Source: an uncultured Candidatus Saccharibacteria bacterium (GTDB lineage: Bacteria; Patescibacteriota; Dojkabacteria; SC72). Taken from it: a stretch of DNA of 64,000 bases. This document shows, piece after piece, positions 24,959 through 34,196 of the stretch. How positions within the stretch are numbered: position 1 is the stretch's first letter; every line of letters begins with the position of its first letter. The DNA is taken from contig CAZEQZ010000001.1 in the NCBI GenBank assembly GCA_964514595.1, positions 107,914 to 171,913 of the forward strand. The letters are read 5' to 3'. The position numbers and the translations under genes are program-made. The notes below the pieces were generated by a model. It was not told the DNA's origin. It did no database searches and saw only the letters and a program-made list of their open reading frames with translations.

Positions 24959-26247
24959 TGGAAGTAAAGCTGCCAAGGAGGGTAAACAAAAGGAATATCA
25001 TTATTATGTTAGTTCTTTCTTTCTTGTTAGCCTTTTCTGGAATACTTCTGCTTTGGAGAGTTAATCAGGAAAGATCTTTAGCACCAGAAATAGCCGATGC
25101 TGGATGTATAGGCACAGACGGAAAAGTACTTCCAGGCTGTCTTCGTTGTCAGTGTGAGTCTGGTGTATGGGTAGTAGGTACGGGAACCAGTTGCTATATA
25201 TTATGCGGAGAGAAAGGACAAAACAAACCTCCACCATCTGCAGGTGGGTCATGCGGATCAGGTAGTCAATGTCCAGCTTGTGAATGGCCTAATGTAGCAT
25301 ACTGTGGGTGTAAGGGTGATTCAAATCCTAGTCATCTCAAATGTGGATGTAGGGCATACAATAATTTCTCCTGTGGACCTGCCTGTGGTCAAATTTCTAG
25401 CTGTACTCCGCCTTCATGTCCTTCCGGTTGGGTAAACTGTGGTGTGTCAGGAGAATCAGGCTCTAGGGCATCAGGATGTCAGGCAAAGACCTCATGTAAT
25501 GGGAAATGTTTGGGATGTCAAAACAAATTTGTTGTAAAGAGGTATTGTAAGAAACCCACAGTTACTGCTGCCAACGTATGTGATAGCGGAGAGTGGGAAA
25601 AGAAACCATCTGGAACGTATGAATATTGTGAAGATATATCATATGCCTTTATCGCCAAAGATTCGGATGGTATAGATGGATCTTCGATAAGTGTTAAATT
25701 AAACGGTAGTAACAGAACTGGCTTCACTAAGGCTGAAAAGGCAACAGAGACTAAAGTTAGTGAAATATTAAGCTCTCAGGATAGTTGTTTGGAGCCAGGG
25801 GAATACAGTATAAGTAGTAGTTGGAAAGATAAAAAAGGAGCAGGAGGGGATGGTTGTGTTCTCTCTGCGACCTTCACTGTTTTGGAGAAGCCAGAAGAAC
25901 CCCCTCCACCAGAGGAACCACCTCCACCTGAGGAACCACCAGCATCAGAGGAGCCTCCGATTGTAGAGGATGTAGTGATTCCGGAAACAGGTATATTTGA
26001 TGAAACAGAGTCATCCTTAATCTTTGGAGCAATTCTCCTCTTCTTGGGCTTCACTTGGACATGGATAGGAGAAAGAATATATCTCTCTGTAGGTTTAATT
26101 GGAAATATGGTAGAGAAATTAAAAATAGGTTTTAATAAAGTGAGAAAAAATATTGAGAGTAGTAGTAAAAGAATGAAAAAAGAGAAAGAATTAAGGGCAA
26201 ATAATCGAAGAAAGGAAAATTTCGAAAAGAAAGTGGTAAAGAAGTAA
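24958..26247 (+). CDS. Cys-rich secreted/surface protein with EEPPPP repeats, an IPETG (LPXTG-like) motif, a TM segment, and a long KR-rich tail.
   Basis: N-terminal signal anchor, >40 Cys in the ectodomain, PEEPPPPEEPPPPEEPPASEEPP, then VIPETGIFDETESSLIFGAILLFLGFTWTWIG followed by ~80 basic residues. Confidence 0.45.
   Translation: MEVKLPRRVNKRNIIIMLVLSFLLAFSGILLLWRVNQERSLAPEIADAGCIGTDGKVLPGCLRCQCESGVWVVGTGTSCYILCGEKGQNKPPPSAGGSCGSGSQCPACEWPNVAYCGCKGDSNPSHLKCGCRAYNNFSCGPACGQISSCTPPSCPSGWVNCGVSGESGSRASGCQAKTSCNGKCLGCQNKFVVKRYCKKPTVTAANVCDSGEWEKKPSGTYEYCEDISYAFIAKDSDGIDGSSISVKLNGSNRTGFTKAEKATETKVSEILSSQDSCLEPGEYSISSSWKDKKGAGGDGCVLSATFTVLEKPEEPPPPEEPPPPEEPPASEEPPIVEDVVIPETGIFDETESSLIFGAILLFLGFTWTWIGERIYLSVGLIGNMVEKLKIGFNKVRKNIESSSKRMKKEKELRANNRRKENFEKKVVKK
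25894..25959 (+). repeat. Imperfect 18-nt tandem repeat (about 3.7 copies) encoding the EEPPPP units.
   Basis: gaagaaccccctccacca / gaggaaccacctccacct / gaggaaccaccagcatca / gaggagcctccg. Confidence 0.5.
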
Positions 26248-26292
26248 TACGGTGTGATATAATCACCAAGCTATAATATTAAAAAATAAACA

Positions 26293-26493
26293 ATGTCTGT
26301 AATAGTACATTCTAACGAAAATATAGATAGTGCACTCAAAAGACTTCACAGAGAGGTTCTTAGGGAGAAGATATTAGAAACATATAGGGCTAAGCAGTAT
26401 AGAACTAAGAAAGCAGATGAAGATATACAGAAGAGAAGAGAGTGGGCTAAGATGAAAAGAAGAAGAAGAGCAGCTGCAAGAAGAGCTAAATAA
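26293..26493 (+). CDS. rpsU: 30S ribosomal protein S21.
   Basis: MSVIVHSNENIDSALKRLHREV...RRRAAARRAK. Confidence 0.85.
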   Translation: MSVIVHSNENIDSALKRLHREVLREKILETYRAKQYRTKKADEDIQKRREWAKMKRRRRAAARRAK

Positions 26494-26510
26494 ATTGTCA
26501 TTTTCCTCCA

Positions 26511-26954
26511 ATGTCTTTAATGGATACATTAAGAAAGGATATGTTTGATGCTTCTAAGAAAGGAGAGGTGGAGAAAGCAGATATACTCAAAATGGCAATG
26601 GCCTCAATTAAGAATGCTCAGATTGCTTCCGAGAAAGAGCTGACAGATACGGATATAGAGCTTATATTAAGAAAAGAGGTAAAGAAGGTTAAAGATTCCA
26701 TAGAACAGTTTGAGAAAATGGGAAGGGAAGATCTGTTAAAGAAGGAGGAGCTTCAATTAGAGGTTTTGCAATCATATCTGCCGGAATTAATGAGTGAAGA
26801 GGATGTAGAAAGGGTTGTTGAGGAGAAAATAGAGCAATTGGGAGCAAAAGATATGAGGGATATGGGTAAGGTTATGGGTGTTGTGATGAAAGAATTAAAT
26901 GGAAAGACAGATGGTAGCACTGTGAAGAGTATAGTTGAGAAGCTTCTTAGTTAG
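26511..26954 (+). CDS. GatB/YqeY domain protein.
   Basis: 147 aa; ILKMAMASIKNAQ...VEEKIEQLGAKDMRDMGKVMGVVMKELNGKTDG is the YqeY pattern. Confidence 0.7.
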   Translation: MSLMDTLRKDMFDASKKGEVEKADILKMAMASIKNAQIASEKELTDTDIELILRKEVKKVKDSIEQFEKMGREDLLKKEELQLEVLQSYLPELMSEEDVERVVEEKIEQLGAKDMRDMGKVMGVVMKELNGKTDGSTVKSIVEKLLS

Positions 26955-26955
26955 C

Positions 26956-27432
26956 ATGGTTGTTAATTTCCATAATTGGAGTGTTCTAAAAAAATGTTTT
27001 TTCAGTTTGTCATATACAAAATCCACATTAGAGAGGGTTATAAGATTCTATTTCCCTGATAGTAAAATACAGAAAGCCGACATAATCTTTGTTAGTGAGG
27101 AAAAGATTATGGGATTAAACAAGCAATTTAGAAAGAAGAATACTCCCACGGACGTTCTAACATTTATAATTTCTGAAAACCCACTTATAGGTGAGATATA
27201 TGTGTGTCCAGAGTACATATCAAAGAAATATGATGAGAGAGAGGTTCTAAGAAGTGTAATACATGGGTTCTTGCATCTAGAAGGATATGAACATAGTGGT
27301 AATTTTCAGGAAGAGGATTTTTCTAATGAGGAAATGTTTGTAAAACAGGAGAATATATTGCAGAATATATGGTATGAAATTAATAGTAGGTCTGGGAAAC
27401 CCAGAAGAAAAATATCTGCAGACAAGGCATAA
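26956..27432 (+). CDS. ybeY: rRNA maturation endoribonuclease YbeY.
   Basis: VIHGFLHLEGYEH is the H-x-x-x-H-x-x-G-Y-x-H motif. Start chosen at the in-frame MVVNF. The 3' end overlaps pth by 59 nt. Confidence 0.7.
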   Translation: MVVNFHNWSVLKKCFFSLSYTKSTLERVIRFYFPDSKIQKADIIFVSEEKIMGLNKQFRKKNTPTDVLTFIISENPLIGEIYVCPEYISKKYDEREVLRSVIHGFLHLEGYEHSGNFQEEDFSNEEMFVKQENILQNIWYEINSRSGKPRRKISADKA

Positions 27433-27937
27433 TGTCGGTTTTCTTTTTGTTGATTCCTTAAGAGAGAAATTCCTCTATCAAAGGGATATATATGCTACTG
27501 ATTGGAAAGAGGAGGATACATTCAATTCACAGATGTGCTTTCTAAAGGAGGGTTCTAGGATAGTGGCAATACTTCTAAAACCTTTAACATATATGAATAA
27601 ATCAGGTGATGCTGTAAGGAAGGTTATTAAGAAATTTGATGTTGAGAGTATAAGTGATGATTTGATTCTTGTTCACGATGATTTGGATATAGGGATAGGG
27701 GACTTTAAGATTCAGGTGGGGAAATCTCCACTAGGGCATAATGGTGTTAAAAGTGTAGAAGATGGTGTAGGGACAGTAGATTTCAAAAGGGTTAGGATAG
27801 GTATAGAGGGTAGGGAGGAGAATTCTGTTCCTGGTGAGGATTATGTTCTAATGAAATTTACTAAAGAAGAGAAAGAAACGATAGAGGAAGTAATACAGGA
27901 TGCAATAAGGGGTGTGTTAGCAGATATATTAATCTAA
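27374..27937 (+). CDS. pth: Peptidyl-tRNA hydrolase.
   Basis: MKLIVGLGNPEEKYLQTRHNVGF, the canonical Pth N-terminus. Confidence 0.85.
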   Translation: MKLIVGLGNPEEKYLQTRHNVGFLFVDSLREKFLYQRDIYATDWKEEDTFNSQMCFLKEGSRIVAILLKPLTYMNKSGDAVRKVIKKFDVESISDDLILVHDDLDIGIGDFKIQVGKSPLGHNGVKSVEDGVGTVDFKRVRIGIEGREENSVPGEDYVLMKFTKEEKETIEEVIQDAIRGVLADILI

Positions 27938-29161
27938 TTACTTCTGAATGTATATCTTTGATATTTCATCATCATATGTTTCCCTTATGCTTTGATATGA
28001 GTGCATAGAAAGATTATAATCTGTATCTAATACAGTAGCCAAATAATTACCCTCTAGGGTAATTCCTAAGTTTAATACCTCTCCGTGGGAATCAATTAAA
28101 AAGAATATTTTAGAGCTTGGAATGTTAACTGTGGCATCCAAATTTAATTCAATAAGTTCGTCCTCCTCCTGGAGGTATTCAAATAGTAGGGTTTGGTAAT
28201 CATACTGATGGGAGTAGGATATGAATCCATCTCTTTTGATTGCAGAATCTCTTAATACTGGCTCTATGGGGAGATTAATATTGTAATACGTCTGGGCAAT
28301 TATACGATATGAATCAAATCCCCCAAGCGTATATTTAAGTTTAGAAGATAGTTGGTTGTTTCCTTTTGAGGTCCATTTCTGTGAATTAATAACGTCCAGT
28401 GTACTGTCCAAAATCTCTATCTCCTTAGCTTTCTGTATATTATCTTCTCCCGTATTCCCCACATCCATATCCATACGATCTATGAAGGTATCATAATCCA
28501 AATCATAATGAATCTCCCCATTCTTGTCATACATATACATTCGATTGTATGTATTAAATGATATATATGCAGATACGGGAAGATATGTAACTGAAAGACA
28601 TATTAGACCCTTTAATACAGTAGTGATAATTTTGCTATTTTTAAGGAAATTATCATATACGTAATATATGAAAATAGATATCGCTAATATTTCTATGGCA
28701 AAGAAGAAACTAAAGAAGTATCCTGCGTGTAAATTAGGTTCAAACAGGTATTTAAAGAGATATATTTTACTACTAGAAATCGGATAGAAGAGAATGATAC
28801 TTCCAGAAAGGAGGTCTGCTAGGAGATGAAAGAGTGTGGCTACGAGGAATGTATTAGCAAGAATATTTAGCAGGTTTCTATCCAACACAAAGGTTGTTTT
28901 CTTCGCAAGTATCCTATGAAAAGGATTAATTAGAAGTTTGAGTAATAACCATATAGCTATATAAAAGATGGGGGTGTGAGTGATAATACTGTGATGAATA
29001 AATCCAGGGATATTAAGAAAAAGATCAAAGTCGGGAAGTATTCCAAAGAGCATACTAAATACAGCTACCAATATTTGTTCGTTGAGTTTAAGTTTCTTAA
29101 TCTCCCTTTTTTGAATTACCTCATTTGCAAGATATGATATCGGTGCGTGTGCAATGTACAT
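27938..29161 (-). CDS. Membrane protein: N-terminal polytopic metal-dependent-hydrolase-like (YdjM/DUF457-like) domain plus a C-terminal soluble domain.
   Basis: His-rich TM region (FIHHSIITHTP, FHLLADLLSG) followed by a ~200-aa hydrophilic domain. Weak assignment. Confidence 0.35.
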   Translation of the reverse strand: MYIAHAPISYLANEVIQKREIKKLKLNEQILVAVFSMLFGILPDFDLFLNIPGFIHHSIITHTPIFYIAIWLLLKLLINPFHRILAKKTTFVLDRNLLNILANTFLVATLFHLLADLLSGSIILFYPISSSKIYLFKYLFEPNLHAGYFFSFFFAIEILAISIFIYYVYDNFLKNSKIITTVLKGLICLSVTYLPVSAYISFNTYNRMYMYDKNGEIHYDLDYDTFIDRMDMDVGNTGEDNIQKAKEIEILDSTLDVINSQKWTSKGNNQLSSKLKYTLGGFDSYRIIAQTYYNINLPIEPVLRDSAIKRDGFISYSHQYDYQTLLFEYLQEEDELIELNLDATVNIPSSKIFFLIDSHGEVLNLGITLEGNYLATVLDTDYNLSMHSYQSIRETYDDEISKIYIQK

Positions 29162-29224
29162 AGGTGGTATTTTAAAATTACTCCACTATTATACATATTC
29201 TTAGGGAGTTGATAAAATAGCGAT

Positions 29225-31645
29225 GTGAAAAAAGAGAATTTTAACAACAATATATTAAATAATCTTGTGGGAAGATATTCTCACTTAATAGAGGATATAA
29301 AAGATGTTGAGAAAGTCACTGGTGTAGACACAGAGTACTATGAACTATCCTGTGAATTACTGGGTATCCTTCTTAACAGAGTGGTATGGCTCTCCACGAG
29401 TGAAAATACCCAAACAGAAAAGAGGAGAGTGTTGTTGAAAATGGGAGAAGTATTTGACATAAATTCTTTAATAAACATAGGCTACGAGAGAGTAGAAAGA
29501 GTATGGAATGAGGGGGAGATATCAGTATTGGGAGATGTGATAATAATATGGCCTTTTAGTATGAACAGGCTTGTTAGATTAAGTTTGTTCGGAGAGAAAG
29601 TAGAAAATATATCCGTAGTGGATGTAGATAGCCGAAGGAAGATTAAGGATGTGGAACAGAGGATGTTTTTAGGAAAAGGGGAACAGCTGTTAGTCGGAAA
29701 TGAGGACTCCAAGGGAAGTATAAATATTTCAATGGTAAAGAGTATCGGTGATACTAAGGGTGCAATAGATCTAGGGATTAGATCTATTCCAAATCTAGAG
29801 ACATACTCTTCAAGAAGAGCTGTTGTAGAGATAGTGAAAAATTATAGAAGTAGGGGATATGAAGTTTGGTATTTAAGCAGAAGTATAGATAAATATGATT
29901 TGCAGGTGGAGAAGGAATTAAAAGAGAGTATAGATGATGTGTTCGCTGTCCATAATCACTTCGAAAGGAGTATAAACAGAGGTTTTGTATCCTCTGTTGC
30001 TAAAGTGTTGCTTTTAACAGATTTAGAGGTTCTAGGAGAGCTAGACCTTTCAATGTATGAGAAGAGGAACCTAAGTATGGACCCTGGTTCTGTAGAGATA
30101 TTGAAAAAAGTAATACCGGGGGAATATATAGTCCATCAGGATCATGGAATTGGAAAGTTTGTTGGTTTAGTAAAGAAGGAACATGGGCCATACATCCACA
30201 TATCATATGCTGGGGAGGATAATTTATATGTACCATTAAGTGCATCTGAGAAGTTAACAAAGTACATTGGAGCAGGTAAAAAAAGACCGATTTTGACTGG
30301 TTTAAATAGTGGAGTATGGAAGAGGATATCTAAAAAAGCACAGGAGAGAGCAGAAGATATAGCCAAGGAGCTTTTGCAACTATATGCTCTAAGGGAAGCA
30401 TCAAGGACAGCTAGGTTTCTAAACTCAAAGGATGATGTTAATGATTTGAATACATTTATAAAACAGTTTGAATTTGAAGATACAGATGATCAAATAGTAG
30501 CTACAAATCACCTAATCAAAGATTTTGAAAGTAGTAGACCAATGGATAGATTATTAGTTGGAGATGTGGGGTATGGAAAGACCGAGATAGCTGCAAGAGC
30601 AGTATTTGTAGCTGTGAATTCAGGGTATCAAGTTGCCATATTAGCACCCACTACTGTACTTATAGAACAGCATATGGCTGTATTTAAAGAAAGGTTTAAA
30701 AACTATCCATTCACGATATCTTCTCTTTCTCGATTCTCTGCGCAGGGTGAGAAGGAGAAAGTAAAGGAGGGATTAAGAAAGGGTACGGTTGATATTGTAA
30801 TTGGTACGCATGCACTTCTATCCAAAGATATTTCTTTTAAAAACCTAGGCCTTTTGGTAATAGACGAGGAACAGAAGTTTGGAGTTAAACAGAAGGAGCA
30901 GATTAAAGCTAAAAGAGTTGATACCAATGTCCTTTCCTTAACAGCAACACCTATCCCTAGAACTTTAAATATGGCCTTAGCTGGAATTAGAGATATATCA
31001 GTATTGGCCACACCTCCATCTGGGAGAAAGGAGATAGTTAATTATTTTGAAAGATTTAATTGGAGTAGTGTAAAAGAGGCTATACAGAAAGAGCTACAAA
31101 GGGGTGGTCAGATATATTTTCTGCACAATAGAGTCAACACAATACAGTATATATATGACAGATTGGTTAAAATGTTTCCTCACAGTAATATATCTATTGC
31201 TCATGGGCAAATGAGTGTACAACAATTATCTAACAGTATGAGTGAGTTTGTTAAAGGAAATACTGATATTTTGGTATGTACCACCATCATAGAGAATGGA
31301 TTAGATATCCCTACTGTTAACACATTAATCATAGATGATGCCACTATGTTGGGTCTCTCTCAGATGTATCAGATTAGGGGTAGAATAGGGAGATCTAATA
31401 TACAGGCATATGCATACTTTTTCTTTGAAAATCTTAAAGGAGATGCTGTACTCAGATTGGAAGCTATAAAAGAGTCGCAGGAGTTAGGTTCAGGTTTCTT
31501 ACTCTCTAACAAGGATTTGGAGATTAGAGGAGCAGGAGATATATTAGGAAAAAATCAATCTGGGACTATAAACTCTGTGGGCTATGGACTGTACTCTCAA
31601 ATGTTAGAAAAAGCTGTAAAAGAATTGAAAGATATGGGTAAATAA
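29225..31645 (+). CDS. mfd: Transcription-repair coupling factor (Mfd), short form lacking the N-terminal UvrB-homology modules.
   Basis: CarD/TRCF RNAP-interaction domain (KKVIPGEYIVHQDHGIGKFVGL), then SF2 helicase motifs (GDVGYGKTEIA, LVIDEEQKFGV, SLTATPIPRT, QIRGRIGR). Confidence 0.75.
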   Translation: MKKENFNNNILNNLVGRYSHLIEDIKDVEKVTGVDTEYYELSCELLGILLNRVVWLSTSENTQTEKRRVLLKMGEVFDINSLINIGYERVERVWNEGEISVLGDVIIIWPFSMNRLVRLSLFGEKVENISVVDVDSRRKIKDVEQRMFLGKGEQLLVGNEDSKGSINISMVKSIGDTKGAIDLGIRSIPNLETYSSRRAVVEIVKNYRSRGYEVWYLSRSIDKYDLQVEKELKESIDDVFAVHNHFERSINRGFVSSVAKVLLLTDLEVLGELDLSMYEKRNLSMDPGSVEILKKVIPGEYIVHQDHGIGKFVGLVKKEHGPYIHISYAGEDNLYVPLSASEKLTKYIGAGKKRPILTGLNSGVWKRISKKAQERAEDIAKELLQLYALREASRTARFLNSKDDVNDLNTFIKQFEFEDTDDQIVATNHLIKDFESSRPMDRLLVGDVGYGKTEIAARAVFVAVNSGYQVAILAPTTVLIEQHMAVFKERFKNYPFTISSLSRFSAQGEKEKVKEGLRKGTVDIVIGTHALLSKDISFKNLGLLVIDEEQKFGVKQKEQIKAKRVDTNVLSLTATPIPRTLNMALAGIRDISVLATPPSGRKEIVNYFERFNWSSVKEAIQKELQRGGQIYFLHNRVNTIQYIYDRLVKMFPHSNISIAHGQMSVQQLSNSMSEFVKGNTDILVCTTIIENGLDIPTVNTLIIDDATMLGLSQMYQIRGRIGRSNIQAYAYFFFENLKGDAVLRLEAIKESQELGSGFLLSNKDLEIRGAGDILGKNQSGTINSVGYGLYSQMLEKAVKELKDMGK

Positions 31646-31686
31646 TTTTCACTTGGCAAAGCTTTAAGTTTGCTCTAGTATATACC

Positions 31687-33225
31687 ATGCCTTCAGTACT
31701 GTATCAAAAATATAGGTCCATGGACTTTGATGAAATCAAGGGGCAGGACCATGTTACAAAGCTTTTAAAGAATGCTGTAAAGGGCAATCAGATAGCTCAA
31801 GCATATCTTTTTGTTGGTTCTAGGGGTACTGGGAAGACTTCCACAGCAAGAATATTAGCAAAGGCAGTTAATTGTATTAATCCTAAAAAGGATGGGAATC
31901 CGTGTAATGAGTGTGAGTACTGTGTGAGTATATCTACAGGGAAATTTTTGGATCTAATTGAGATAGATGCAGCATCAAATAGGGGTATAGATCAGATTAG
32001 GGAGCTAAAGGAAAAAATAGAGTTTTCACCATCTGAGGGGAAATTTAAGATATATATCATAGATGAGGTGCATATGTTGACCACAGAGGCGTTTAATGCG
32101 CTTCTTAAGACCTTAGAGGAGCCTCCAGCTCATGTTATATTCATTCTTGCAACTACAGATGTACATAAGCTTCCTCCCACGATTCTTTCTAGGTGTCAGA
32201 GGTATGATTTTAGACTAGGGACAGAGAAGGAGTTAGAAGAGTTAATTAAGGATATAACTAAAAAAGAGAAGATTAAGATAGAGGATGAAGCATTGGATAT
32301 AGTTATTCAGAACGCAAAGGGTAGCTATAGAGATGCTCTTTCCACTTTGGATGTAGTATATACAGGTCAAGATGAGAATAAGTCAGAAATAAAAGCGGAG
32401 GAAGCAAGGGAGGTGTTAGGACTGCCTGATTTTGATAGTGTAATTTCATTATTAAAGCACTTAATAGATGGAAATGGGCAGAAAGCATTAGATATTGTAG
32501 AGAGTTTAGAAAAGAAAGGTGTTAATCTCCAGCAATTTACTAGCTATGTTTTAGACATATTAAGGGACATATTAGTTGGTACTATAAAGGAGGATCTAGA
32601 CAAGAAGTATGAATTTGCAAAGGATGTAGATATTAAGCTACTTCATAGACTAATTAATCTGTTCCTAGAGGCAGAAAATAGGATTAGGTATGCAAATAAT
32701 CAAGCCTTAGTGATAGAAATGATAATACCTGAAATGATGAGGGCTAATGTGGGCAAGGATGTGGAGATAGTTAATAAAGATGTGAAGAAAAGAATAACTC
32801 ACGATAATGAGGAGGTGGTTGATAGGGATGATAAGGCCCCGGACATACCTGTTAATGAAATAGTGAGTAAGTGGGAGGAGTTTGTGAATGAGATTAAGCC
32901 ATTTAATGGACATCTGTACGCGTTTCTTGGGAGTGCGAATGTGAAAAATTTTGACAAAGGAATACTATATATGGAGGTCCCATTCCAATTTCATAAAGAG
33001 AGAATGGAGGTTCCAAAGAGTAGGAATGCAATATCGGAGACATTTAAAAGAATATATGGGAGAGGATGTAATATATCTTGTGTAGTGAATCCCGATATCA
33101 AGCCTAAGAATAAGTCTGATGCTGATTTTGTTTTAAAAAAACTACCTATAATCAAACCTAATAAAGAGAAAACAGAGAAAAAGAAGGTTACTACAAACAT
33201 AGAAGCGATATTTGAAGGTATGTAG
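31687..33225 (+). CDS. dnaX: DNA polymerase III subunit gamma/tau.
   Basis: GSRGTGKTSTARILAK Walker A, a Zn module CINPKKDGNPCNECEYC, and an SRC arginine finger. Confidence 0.85.
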   Translation: MPSVLYQKYRSMDFDEIKGQDHVTKLLKNAVKGNQIAQAYLFVGSRGTGKTSTARILAKAVNCINPKKDGNPCNECEYCVSISTGKFLDLIEIDAASNRGIDQIRELKEKIEFSPSEGKFKIYIIDEVHMLTTEAFNALLKTLEEPPAHVIFILATTDVHKLPPTILSRCQRYDFRLGTEKELEELIKDITKKEKIKIEDEALDIVIQNAKGSYRDALSTLDVVYTGQDENKSEIKAEEAREVLGLPDFDSVISLLKHLIDGNGQKALDIVESLEKKGVNLQQFTSYVLDILRDILVGTIKEDLDKKYEFAKDVDIKLLHRLINLFLEAENRIRYANNQALVIEMIIPEMMRANVGKDVEIVNKDVKKRITHDNEEVVDRDDKAPDIPVNEIVSKWEEFVNEIKPFNGHLYAFLGSANVKNFDKGILYMEVPFQFHKERMEVPKSRNAISETFKRIYGRGCNISCVVNPDIKPKNKSDADFVLKKLPIIKPNKEKTEKKKVTTNIEAIFEGM

Positions 33226-33267
33226 AATTATCAATTTAGGATATAATGTATCCATTACTTAAGTTTT

Positions 33268-33570
33268 TTGTTTAATACTATGTTAAACCCTGTAGAGATA
33301 TTAAAAATGCAAAGTGAAGCTAAAAAATTGCAGAATAAGTTAAGAGAGAGAAAGATTAAAGGAGAGTCTAAGAATGGGATGATTAGAATCTATATGAATG
33401 CAGCGCAGGAATTTGAGGATGTACATATAGATGAGGAGTATCTTTCTCCAGATATGGAAGATGCCCTTAAAAAGGGCTTTAAGGAAGCATTCAAGGATTA
33501 TCAAAAGAAGTTGCAAAAAGAGATGGTCCAGGATATGGATATAGATCAATTAAAGAGTATGTTTAAGTAA
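33268..33570 (+). CDS. YbaB/EbfC nucleoid-associated protein.
   Basis: 100 aa, in the conserved dnaX-ybaB-recR arrangement. Confidence 0.7.
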   Translation: MFNTMLNPVEILKMQSEAKKLQNKLRERKIKGESKNGMIRIYMNAAQEFEDVHIDEEYLSPDMEDALKKGFKEAFKDYQKKLQKEMVQDMDIDQLKSMFK

Positions 33571-33572
33571 AT

Positions 33573-34196
33573 ATGTCTGTATTACCTAGTAGTGTAGAAC
33601 AAGTAATTGAGGAATTTAGTAGACTGCCAGGTATTGGACCAAAGTCTGCTTCTAGGATGGCATATCACTATCTTAGATCCCCCAATAAGGATGCCTCTAA
33701 GTTAGCTCAGGCTCTAAAAGATATGGATGATACTGTTAAGAGTTGTAGGAGTTGTTTCAATGTCACAGATAAAGAGGAGTGTGATATATGTGGTAGTCCA
33801 CTTAGAAAAAAGGATAAGCTTTGTATAGTAGAAGAGCCTTTAGATGTAGTGGCTTTTGAAAATTCTGGTATATATGATGGACTATATTTTGTATTAGGGG
33901 GGGTAATATCTCCTGCGGAGGGTATAGGGGCAGACGAGTTGAGATTTAAAGAATTGGATAAAAGAGTAAGGGAATTGTTGGCTAAGAGTAATGAAATAGA
34001 GGTTATAGTAGCCACCAATCCAAGCCTAGAGGGTGAGGCCACATCAAGTTATATAATTGATCTGTTTAAGAGTTTGATAAAAGAGGGTAAAATAAAGATG
34101 ACTAGATTAGCAATGGGATTGCCAACTGGTGCTGATTTAGAGTATGCAGATAGGTTAACTTTAAAAAAGGCTTTAGAAGGAAGGAGGGATATATAA
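33573..34196 (+). CDS. recR: Recombination protein RecR.
   Basis: RLPGIGPKSASRMAYHYL HhH, a C4 zinc finger CRSCFNVTDKEECDIC, and a Toprim domain. Confidence 0.85.
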   Translation: MSVLPSSVEQVIEEFSRLPGIGPKSASRMAYHYLRSPNKDASKLAQALKDMDDTVKSCRSCFNVTDKEECDICGSPLRKKDKLCIVEEPLDVVAFENSGIYDGLYFVLGGVISPAEGIGADELRFKELDKRVRELLAKSNEIEVIVATNPSLEGEATSSYIIDLFKSLIKEGKIKMTRLAMGLPTGADLEYADRLTLKKALEGRRDI

